Assembly (NCBI RefSeq): GCF_009914755.1
Contig: NC_060927.1
DNA length: 64,000 nucleotides
Direction: 5' to 3' (one strand)
DNA from: the human T2T-CHM13v2.0 reference genome, Homo sapiens
Every line of letters begins with the position of its first letter. Position 1 is the stretch's first letter. Shown here in pieces: positions 39,224 through 50,962 of the stretch. Below the pieces are notes generated by a model. That model saw nothing but the letters and a program-made list of their open reading frames with translations, had not been told where the DNA came from and made no database searches. The translations under genes and the position numbers were made by a program.

Positions 39224-39782
39224 CCTGTCTTCGTCCTAGAAGAAAGATCTGGGCTGAAAATATAGATTTGGAAGTCACTAGAATGGAAATGGGTAAAATC
39301 ACTCAGAAATATGGTCACAAATAAAAACACAGCAGACCAGACATATACTTCTGAGAGACAAGCTGTCTAAAAGGCTCCTGTTTCTTGTCATATGTCCATC
39401 AACAGAAATCTCTGTTTTGACCCTTGAAACACAAAGGTGTTATCGGGACAAATATATTTAATGCGTTAGAGACAACTTAAGATCTATAATGGGACAGGTA
39501 AGGAGGAAACTCCAGGAGCCTATGCATATTTCAGATGATTAAATTTGCCCGTCTATAGAACTCTCCTTGGGAACTGGAACCAGATGGGGTTCAAAACAAA
39601 ATTAAGTGCAATTAACTTTTAATTTACTGATTTAATGCCCACTACTAAACACATTTTCCGTTTTGAATGTCACATACTAATGATAAGCAGCTCATCTGGA
39701 ACTTGGCTAACTTTTGCAATTTAATATCTAACTTCAAAATTCTGGCTAGACAACATATTTGGAGGTTAAAAATTCTTCTACA

Positions 39783-40255
<473 letters not shown>

Positions 40256-40489
40256 TTACTAAGGAGCCCTAATTTCTGCAGACTGAGGATTGAATGTGAA
40301 ATGCAAAATTAGAAGGAGACTATATATAGACTTGAGGAGAGTAATACAGGAGTAAGTTTAAAAAGTCTGTTTATAGATTGTGCATTTAAAATCACAAGTA
40401 TGTAATGAGTATTTTCACATTTCTGTATTGCCTTTATCTATTTCTATTGCAAGCTCCCCAATGAAAGAAATAATCTGACACTTCTCTTG

Positions 40490-40592
40490 CTTCCTCACCT
40501 CCATCCTTCCCTCCCTCCCTCCCTCCCTCCGTCCCTTCTTCCATCCCTCCCTCCTTCTCTTCCTCCCTCACTTCCTTCCTTTTTTCCTTCTC
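40490..40592. repeat. (CCCT/CCTT)n pyrimidine-rich repeat
   Basis: Directly visible. Confidence 0.85.
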
Positions 40593-41358
40593 TTGCCTTA
40601 AAGTTTTTAGCACTGAACATAACATTCTCGTGAACAAATACTCATGAATTTAAATAAAATTGTTTCCATCACTTAGTGTTCCATGGTATATAAAAACTTT
40701 GGATTATTTTTACTACTGAATATGTAACTTTTGTTCTTAAATTCATTTCATCATATTTCCTGTTCAGTTTCTATAACTTACTATTCAGAACTTTTATCTT
40801 TAAAACACTAATAATATAAGCCATTTGAAGAGATTGAATTCCAAAAACTTACAGCCTGATAATGTTCTGCTACAAAAAGAATGCTGAGCTATAGAAAACT
40901 CACTCAGCATAGTAGTTTGGATTTCTACTTATTTGACATCTATAGGAATTGGCAGCTGTCTTTATCCAGAGGCAATACTCCAGGAACTTTTTCCTATTTT
41001 CATTATATGTACAGGAAAATTTAAACGCATTTATCTTAAAATACTTGAAATTCCTGATGCCCGCATTTTGATTCTAGTTTTAGGATCTTCTTTATTATGT
41101 GTAGAGGTGCTAATTAATCAAGTTTCTCATCTTTCTAAGTGTTCTGAGAGTTCTATTTGCATTTCTTCTTAATGTCACAGAAAATAGAGACTCTAGAAAT
41201 AAATGTATTGTGTTCTATCCATTATTTTTAAATTAAGAATAGAAACACAAATTTTGTACAACAAAAGAGCAGTAAATGTTTGAGTGCTTTGCATTTGTAG
41301 AGAGGGGAAAAATACTCGTTTTCTATGAGGATTCCACCGAAACTAGATTTATAACGTA

Positions 41359-41894
41359 CGTTTTAGTTTCCTATTGCTGTGTAATAAACTACCTCAAAAC
41401 TTAGTGCTTAAAACCACAACCATTGTATTTGTTAACATTCGGGTAGAACTTGGGTATGTTATTTTTCTTTTCCATGTGTCACACATTTCTCAAGTGGTGA
41501 TGACAAGATGGAAACAGTCCTGAATACCCAATATGATTTAATTCCCATGTCTAGCACCTTGGCAAATGGGCTGGAGGTTGAGTCTATCTCTCACTCCCCA
41601 TATGGCTCTTTCTAGATGGCCTCCTTAGGTTTCTTTACATGAGTAGGTCCTAGAAGTAAGCATTCAGAACAGCTGATGTAAAACTGCTGCTCTCTCCAGG
41701 CCCAGACTCAGATGTTGCATGGCATCATTATTGCTGGATTCTATCGATCAAAGCAAGCTGCGAAGTAAGAGCAGGTTCAAAAGTAAAGGAGATGGATTCC
41801 ATCTCTTGATGGGAAACTGGTAAGGTTACATTGCAAATGAGCATATGAGATAGTAGATATTTTTGTGAGCATTGTTAGAAACCCAATCTACTAT
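41359..41894 (-). mobile_element. MLT1 (MLT1G/H-like) MaLR solo LTR
   Basis: ttagtttcctattgctgtgtaataaactacctcaaaacttagtgcttaaaac...gattctatcgatcaaagcaag...gattccatctcttgatggga...caatctactata. Confidence 0.78.
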
Positions 41895-42326
41895 AACCTG
41901 GTTCAGTTCTCTTTGTTTTATTGGAGCTACATATTCCGCATTTGCAAAATGAGGTGATTAATTCATTTATGCAGCATGTAGTTACTAGACAGTTAAGATA
42001 GACTATTGAACCAACAGACATGACTTCTCTGCTGTGGAGCTTATCTGTGGATTGGACAAGGTAAAGTGTAAGATTGCTTCTCTTAAAATATTCGGTGATA
42101 CTTAAAATTAAGCAAGGATACAGCCATAGGTTCTTACTGGGGAAATATGCTTTGTGCTAAAGAATATTTTATTGTCTAAGATAGAAGAATTTCCTTGTTT
42201 AGACTTTTTTCAAGCAACCTGATTGCTCACATAGTGTTATATTTCACCTCATTATTTTAAAATTATTTATATCTTAATGCATGCCAAATATAAGGACAAA
42301 TCCTGTCCCTGCACAGTTAAATAAAA

Positions 42327-42625
42327 CTTTTTTAATTTTAAATTTTAATGAGTACATGGCAGGTGTGTTTATGGAATATATGAGATATTTTGATACAATG
42401 CACAATAATAACCTCAGGGTAAATAGGGTATCTATCACCTCAAGCATTTATTATTTATTTCTGTTATAGACATTCTAATTATGCTGCTGTAGTTACTTTA
42501 AAATGTACAGTAAAATATTGTTGACTGTAATCACCCTGTTGTTCTATCAAATACTAGATCTTATTCATTCTATTTAACTATATTTTGTACACCTCAACCA
42601 TCCCTGCTTCTGTCCCACATCCCCC
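42327..42625 (-). mobile_element. L1MA (L1MA1/2-like) 3' end fragment
   Basis: tgagatattttgatac...cagggtaaatagggtatctatcacctcaagcattt...tgttgactgtaatcaccctgttgttctatcaaatactagatcttattcattct. Confidence 0.85.
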
Positions 42626-43614
42626 AGCTAGTTTATACTTCTATAAACTAGCTAATGATAGAATCAGGAACAATTGTGTTTAATCAGACCATCCCTTCAT
42701 TTTCTAGGCAAAAAGATTAGACAATAAATGACACAGAGAAAAAAATACTAAACTGATAGTAACTAAACCATAAAACAAAGCAGCCCAGCTTTTGAGTGAG
42801 ACCAAGGTCTTAAAGAGAAAATTGTATGATGTCCAGCGAGTCAACATCATTTACAAAATAGTGAAATAGTTCAATCTGCTATCACACCTTTTCCCAAACC
42901 ATGGTGTTTAACCTTTCAAAATCTTACAGTTGTAGTTTCAAAAGCAGAGTCAATTACCAAGACAAATAAAACGATGAATTAACTAATTTGTATTCTCTTT
43001 AACTGTTTTGATGAAACTCCACAAACATGCTGTTAGTTCCATTCCTCTGAGCTTTGAATAGTTTACTGTTTGTGACGATAAAAGCACGGCTGGGAATACT
43101 TTAACATATGCCAGATTCAAACAGAGTGAAATATGACAGTTTATAATCTGTGAGACAGAAGCTTGATCTTTGAAAAATATTTGCATATAAAGTACATGCT
43201 TCAATATCATAATTCTGAAAGCCCACATGAACTGAAATTCAGTGATATCACTTAATATGTTGTGTAAACAGTAAGCAGAATCTATCTTTCCTTGTCTGCA
43301 CATAAAAATAACTTTTTCTTTTGGGACTATTTTTGTAGGAAATATTTTAATTAATAATGTAAAGATAAAAACTGTAGAAAGAGTATCCAAAACAAAATCA
43401 CACATGCTCCGTTTGAGAGAATGAGATGTTACATTTATTTCTGAAAAAATAATATGTACATATAAATATAAAAGCATAAAATGTACTTAGAGAGCCTCCT
43501 TCCATTGTTCTCATCCAGACCATTTCCTTTTGAAGAATAGGGCAGGGGAAAGCACTTTTAATTGTTTCTTATGAAAAGATCAAAGACCATGCATGTTTCT
43601 TGATCATTTTTAAC

Positions 43615-44714
43615 TTAATTTTTAAAATTAACATTCAGTAAATTGACTTTAAAATATATGAGTCTATAAATTTAACATATGTATACATTCAAAGAACTAT
43701 TACCACAATCAGGATCCAAAAGAGTTACAGCTGTCAGGAAACATGACATATATTATCTCTTTGCCATCATTCCTTCCTCTCATACTTTATTTCTGACCAC
43801 TACTAATCTGCATTTTATTATTACTTTATTCTTTTAAGAGTGTTATACAAATGTAATCATATGTTGTGTGACCTTTTAAGACTGACTTTATCTACTCAAC
43901 AAAATAACTTTGAGGGTCATCCAAATGTTGCATGTATCAATCATTCTTTATTTTTATTGCTGAGTAGTATTCCACTGAGTGGATGTACCACAGAGTGTTT
44001 ATTCATTCACCCATTGAAGGGCATTTGAGTTATTCCCAGAGTTTAGTGCTTATTAATAGAGAAAATATAAACATCCTTTTGTTTATTTCATATAAACACT
44101 TGTTTTCATTTCTCCAAGTTAAATACCCAGGAGTGAGATTGCTGGGTTATATGACAGGTATATGTTTAACTTTTTCAGAAACTGTCAAACTGTTTTCCAG
44201 GATGGTTGAACCGTTTAGCATTCCCAAGAGCAACTATTAGAGTTCTAGTTGCTCTGCATCCTTGCCAAAAATAGTATCATCAGTATTTTTGAAGATTTTG
44301 CCATACTAAAAGGCATGTTGAGGTATCTCATTTGCATTTCCCTAATAATGTCTAATGCTATTGAATGTTCCTTCATGTGCTTTTTGGCCATCAGTATCTT
44401 CTTTGGTGAAATTTCTGTTCAAGTGTTTATGTTTATTTTAGATGGGTTGTTTCCTTTCATGCTGTTGATATTTAAGAGTTCTTTACATATTTTGCATACA
44501 ACTCCTTTGTGGATATGTGATATACAAACATTTTCTCCCCATCTGTACTTTGTCTTTTCATTTTCTTAAGAGAATCATTTATAGAAGAAAGTTTTGGTGT
44601 TTTTTCTATTTTCTTATTTTTGTGAAATTTAATTAATCTTTTTTTTAATGCGTTGAAGTTTTGTTGTCATGTCTCAGATAACTTTGGCTAATGATAAAAT
44701 ATAAAGATTTTTTA
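43615..44714 (-). mobile_element. Old L1 (L1MC/MB-like) 3' UTR and ORF2 end
   Basis: cagtaaattgacttt...ccacaatcaggat; ttattgctgagtagtattcca..ggatgtaccacag; aaatacccaggagtgagattgctgggt.atatg; tttaagagttctttacatatt. Confidence 0.85.
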
Positions 44715-44841
44715 GGCTGGGCGCGGTGGCTCACATCTGTAATCCCAGCACTTTGAGAGGCCGAGGTGGGCAGATCATGAGGTCGGGAGATTGAGACCAT
44801 CCTGGCTAACACGGTGAAACCCCATCTCTACTAAAAATACA
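44715..44841 (+). mobile_element. AluY left arm only
   Basis: ggctgggcgcggtggctcac...gagattgagaccatcctggctaacacggtgaaaccccatctctactaaaaatac, then an abrupt switch to L1; no right arm or tail. Confidence 0.9.
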
Positions 44842-46347
44842 CTTCATATCTGGCCAAAGTAAGTTTTATGAGCAAAAGAAAAATAAGATCCTTTTTATAC
44901 AAGCAAATACTGAGGGATTTTTTTAACCACCAGACCTACCTTACAAGAGCTCCTGAAAGAAGCATTAAAAATGGAAAAGAAAGTCCATTACCAGTCACTG
45001 CTAAAAACACAATGACAGGATCAAATCCACTCATGTCGATTCTAAATTTGAAGGTAAATGGGCTAAATGCCCCAATTAAAAGGCACAGTGTGGTAAGCTG
45101 GATAAAGAAGCAAAACTCAATGGTATGCTGTCTTCAATAGACCCATCTTACCTGCAATAACACCCATAGACTCAAAGATATGGAGAAAAATCTACCAAGC
45201 AAATAAAAAAGAGAAAAAAAAGCAGAGGTTGCAATCCTAATTTCTGACAAAACAGACTTTAAGCCAGCAAAGACAAAAACGACAAAAAGGGCACTATGTA
45301 ATAGTAAAGGGTTTAAGTAAACAAGAAGATCTAACTATCCTAAACACATATGCACCCAATGTAGGCCCACTCAGATTCCAAAAACAAGTTTTTAGAGACC
45401 TTCAAAGAGATGTAGAGTCCCACACAACAATAGTGGGAGACTTTAACACCCCACTGACAGTGCTAGATAGATCACTGAGGCAGAAAATTAACAAAAACAT
45501 TTAGGGCCTAGAATCAACAATGACCATATGTATCTGATTTACATCTACAGAACTCTCCATCCAAAAACAATAGAATATACATTCTTCTCATCTGCACACA
45601 CTCTAACATCATCACACAATCGGACATAAAACAGTTCTTAGCAAATTCAAAAAACCAAAGTTAAACCATCCACTGTTGGACCACAGCTCAATAGAAATAG
45701 CATTTGTTATGAAGAAAATTGCTCAAAATCATACATTTACATGGAAATTAAACAACTTGCTTTTGAAAGGCTTATTGGCAAATAATGAAATTAAGGCAGA
45801 GATCAAGAAGTTATTTGAAATTAATGAGAATAAAGACACGATCAAGAAGTTATTTGAAATTAATGAGAATAAAGACACAACATACCAGAATATCTGGCAC
45901 ACATTTAAGGTAGTGTTAAGAGGGAAGTTTAGAGCATTAAACACCAGTATCAAAAAGTTAGAAAGATCTCAAAGTAACAACCTAATATCATGACTAAAAG
46001 AACTAGAGAAGCAAGAGCAAACCAACCCCAAAGCTAGAAGAAAACAAGAAATAACCAAAATCATAGCTAAACTGAAGGAGATTGAGACATGAAAAGTCAT
46101 TCAAAAGATCCACAAAGCCAGGATGAGACCAGCATCATCCTCATATTCTTGATGAATATTGATGCAAAAATCCTTAGCAAAATACTAGCAAACCAAATCC
46201 AGCAGCACATCAAAAAGCTAATCCACCATGACAAAATAGGCTTTATCCTTGGGATGTAGGGTTGGTTCAACATATACATATCAATAAACATGATTCATCA
46301 CATAAACAGAACTAAAGACAAAACCATGTGATCACTACAATAGATGT
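44842..46347 (+). mobile_element. Primate L1 (old L1PA/L1PB-like) internal fragment: ORF1 3' end plus ORF2 endonuclease to RT start, with deletions
   Basis: ORF2 start at 45012 (MTGSNPLMSILNLKVNGLNAPIKRH); atatgcacccaat (YAPN) and gtgggagactttaacacccca (VGDFNTP); WKLNNLL; gatgcaaaaatccttagcaaaatactagcaaacc. Confidence 0.92.
45801..45878. repeat. Perfect 39-bp tandem duplication in L1 ORF2
   Basis: gatcaagaagttatttgaaattaatgagaataaagacac x2. Confidence 0.95.
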
Positions 46348-46739
46348 GCATGCATACATGTACTCATACAAACACACACACAGGACTGCTGACTTATTAA
46401 CTCTTTATTTTTTGTACTAGAGTGGTATGGCAAGGCATTTAGGTAAAATGTTTAATAGGAAATATTGAAAAATTATTATACATTCATGAAAAATAATTTT
46501 ATTCAAAAACATAAAATGGAGTATGTAAACAAAATAAAACACCGTAACATCTTATATATGTTTTAATTAAACAGAGTATAAAGTATGCATTGAAAATAAT
46601 TAACTAGAAGTAGTTTTTTATCTTTCTGAAATAAACCATAAAGTTATTTTTCTAAATTAAAATTTAAAGATATTTGGAGTTCAATAACTTAATTTTTTTA
46701 CTAAATATTTCTGTCCATATATGGAAAGTTGCTTTAGTA

Positions 46740-47290
46740 AACCATGCTACATCCAACTAATGAAGTACTATGCCACTGTTAAATAAAAAGAATGAGGGAG
46801 GGAGAAACTCTAGAATTTTGATGATCCTTGGGTATATTGCTATGTAAAAAAAGATAGATGCAAAAGATTATGTAAAGCATATTAACATTTATGTAGAAAA
46901 GAGGAAATAAAACATTTATCATTACCTGTTTATATTTTCAAAAAGCAGTATTTAAAACATAAGAAGTATAAACCAAAAACTAACAAAATTAGTTACTTGA
47001 AAGGACAGTGGGGATGGGGAAAAGAGATAGGGGATAAATGAGATTTCTATGAGTATAAATTCTTACATAGTTTTACATAGTTCTAACATTACAAAAATTT
47101 TAATGATTTACAAAATAAAATAAATGACAATAATTATAAAGAAATAACAAACTAAACAAATATAAGCAGAAATAAATTAGTCTACATCAAATTATTAATA
47201 TAACTACATAGAAATAACTCTAATTACTCAGTAAGTCTACTCACTCAAGGGGATGTTTTCAAAAAACAAACAAAAACTACAAAAATCTTA
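46740..47290 (+). mobile_element. Old L1 (L1MC/ME-like) 3' UTR fragment
   Basis: acatccaactaatgaagtactatgccactgttaaataaaaagaatgag; A-rich composition; gagatttctatgagtata. Confidence 0.5.
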
Positions 47291-47291
47291 A

Positions 47292-47607
<316 letters not shown>

Positions 47608-49559
47608 AAATCATTCTTTACTCTTAATTAACATTGGTTTGGTGTGGGTCGTAGTCTTTATAATCTCTTAAATATTCTATAGTTATTATATTTAGGGAGA
47701 TTATTATTTTAAAATAACTTTTTATAATGTTTGAGCACATATATGCACATCCATATATGTTTAATATTGAGATCATCCTATACATAATAATTTGCAATTA
47801 TTTTATTTGCTATCTTATAAATTTATAAAAGAGAGGAAGTCTTAACCAGAAATGCCATATTAGAGCCTTCTTTAAAAGTATAGTTTTTAAACAATAATTT
47901 TGTTCCTTTAAAATTTCAGCAGTTATATGTATATAATGTAAAAGATTGATATAAATTCTGTCTTTTATTTACTGATAATCTTTTTCTTTACCACCTGTAC
48001 CCTATTAAGTTGAAGTCATATAAACAAATATATAATGAAACAAATCATCAATAAATTAAAGAAAAAACAAAAAATTCCCCAATATCTACGTATGGTACAG
48101 ACCTTAACTGATATATTTGCAATTACTGTTTATTTACTTGTTAATTAAAACTATATGTACATTTTCCTTTGCAAAGGATGTTAGTAGTTAACCTTGGTCC
48201 CAAATTTTATATCTCCCATGCAATGCTATATATTTTTCTTGGTATTATATCAAGAATTGTAGTTAGCTAGCAACTAGATAGATAGATTATAGATAGATAT
48301 ATTTTAAATATTTTTATATATTTTATATAATATAAACTAATGAAGTTTATACATAGTAAATGTGTATGTATAAATGTATAATACATATTACATATAATTA
48401 TGTAACATACATTTATTGATATTATTATATTATTGAAATACATTTGCCATTGTTTCCAGGCTTGCAGAGCTCTGAGGTATGCTGTGTGTATAATTGTTCT
48501 CTGTCATTGATCGAATGGCCCCTGCCAAACGGATAATGGCATTCACATTGTAGGTCATTTTTCCTTATTGGAATTTTGTGTCCTGAATAATTTATAATTT
48601 CATAAGATCATTCTTTGTAAAAATGTGCTCTGCCTCCACTATAAGCAAGTGATGATAGTTGTCTATAAGCCCATATAATGATATTAAAACAAATTGTCTG
48701 TTTCCAGTATTTAATGCTGTACTAAAATAGTTATAATATCACCTATGATACTGAGGTTATAGTTTAGATGTTTTCAGATCTTTTTCAGTTTAAACATTAC
48801 ACCTAACTAGTTTTAAGCAATGAACTTTGTTCATTTTATTTTGGAGATATGACATGTGACATCTATTCACATAAAAATATATGCAATTTACTCCAAAATT
48901 TGACATTAAATAATTGCTCAGATATATTAATATTAATGGTTTCAAATTCTTTATATTACCATTTAGAGACTCAAACTATTTTAATTGTTTATATGGTATA
49001 ATCAAACCTGCCTTTAAATCTTACTTTCAAAAAGTGTAGCTGAGTAGTGGGAAGTGTTAGTGAAACAATATCGACTATAAGTCAATAATTTTTATTATTG
49101 AAACTTGAGCAGCTAAAAAGGTAAACCAGAGTAATCTAAAAGTTTGGCTTCAGAAATGGGGTTCAAAGCATTTAAAAGTGATTAATGACTTTGTGTTTTA
49201 TCATTTGTTACAAAAAATTTTGAAGAGCAATAATAATAATTTTTGTATGAAATTGAAAATGCAATACATATCTTTTACTTTCTAAAAAATCCTTTTCATA
49301 TTAGTTTCCAACAACTTTTTGGCCTTTATCACATATTTCAACATATTTGAATTTCTTTTATCTTTTAGTTAATATAACTTGTTCAGAACAAAAATATAAA
49401 ATTTGTAGAGTTGTGCATCAACATTTTCTTATTTTTAATCTCATTAATATTTTCACTAGTTATCCATGTAAGAGCCATTGGAAACCTTCAAGACTTCCTC
49501 TTCTGTACACTTCCCATACTAAATCATCCTTGTTATTCTTTGGTTACATTCTTCTGATT

Positions 49560-50160
49560 CTCATTTGAAACCATTTTCTTTCTCTTCCTATTCTTGACTC
49601 AGCTGAATATTCATCATCTCCCAATCGGAAAGTGGTGATAGCCTACCAACCATTATCACTATATTTGGTCTATTTTTTTTCCAGTCAATCCTCCAAGTTG
49701 CTAACAACATTATCATTCTAAAACATTAATCTAGCTATGTTACTCTCATGTTTTGACCACTTACTACCACAAGGTAAAGTGTAAATTCCTTACCTTGTCA
49801 TTTATGAATTTTTATTATTTGATCATGACCTACCTTTTTAGAACCCAACTACAGCTATTTCAAACACTTTGGAATCTTTATTATTCCAAGTAAGTCTTAT
49901 GATGTTTCAAGTTTTGATGTTTTTGTAGCTGATGTCTTTCTGTCTTGAATAATTATTGCTTTCCTCCACCAGATGTATAGTCACTTAAATTCTCTTTTCC
50001 GTAAAACCTCAATGATTACTCAGAAGTGAGTTCTCCCACTTCAGCTTTCCAGATTATTTCCAAGGCACAGATATATCATGTTCACCTTTTTATCTGTAAC
50101 TCATTCCCTCACACATGATATGCATTTCAATTCATTTGTATTGAGTGATAGAATGAGTGA
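49560..50160 (+). mobile_element. L2 LINE fragment, highly diverged
   Basis: ccagtcaatcctccaagttgcta..attatcattctaaaacattaatct..ctatgttactctc; ggtaaagtgtaaattccttacc; tctttctgtcttgaata. Confidence 0.55.
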
Positions 50161-50411
50161 CTGCATTTTATAGAGAATGAAATGAAGCATCAGTGTTTAG
50201 TAACAAAAGTTAACAAAGGAGCAGAGGTACATTTGAAACAGAGATACAGTTACGGATATGGTGAATTTTTTTACCAAAGCTGAAGAATCTAAGGTAGGGG
50301 TCTTGATAAGTTAAATTGTTTATATGAATGGTTGAATTAATGATGATGAAACTAAGAAAGCAGTTTTGATTGACAATTACTTGAGGGCACTTATAAGAAA
50401 AAAAAAAGTAT

Positions 50412-50962
50412 AGTTTTGTAAAAGTAACCAGGATTTGTTTCAATCAGCTATAGTAAGACATGCAGACAGGAATATTACTGTTATGAAGAAAGAAGTCTAT
50501 TATACTCATAGTTTCCTAGAGACAGGAGGCAACACCACATCACACAGGATGGGGGGCAGGAAAAGGGAAGGTACCAGGATCCGTTGGGAGGCAGAAGGAG
50601 CAAGAGAACATGTGGGCAAGTAACTTTATTTTGATTTTCTCAGGAAGGGATGAGCAAGGCAGTTTAGGATTGGCTAGTTTGAATAACTTCAATGGGGTCT
50701 GGGGCATAGAAGCTGTCCCTTTTGTTAGGTACTTGGTCCTGGGATGATTAGAGTCAGTGGATAGTATCCTGGAGTATGAGTTTTTAAAGGAGCTTGTTGA
50801 GGATATGTACTCTGGATTACTTGAATTGCATATAAAAGGTGCACTACCAATGAGTTATCTCTCTCTAGGAATTGGCTAACCCTAGGAAGGGTAGTCCTTC
50901 CAGGGTAAGCAATCCCCCAAGACCTCAAAGCATCAGAATAAAGAAAAAAACATAGTAAAACA
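50412..50962 (-). mobile_element. MER74/MER54-like ERVL solo LTR
   Basis: Minus strand reads tgttttactatg...ctgatgctttga...ggaaggactacccttcctagggttagccaattcctagaga...ttattcaaactagccaatcctaa, typical of the MER74 group. Confidence 0.78.
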
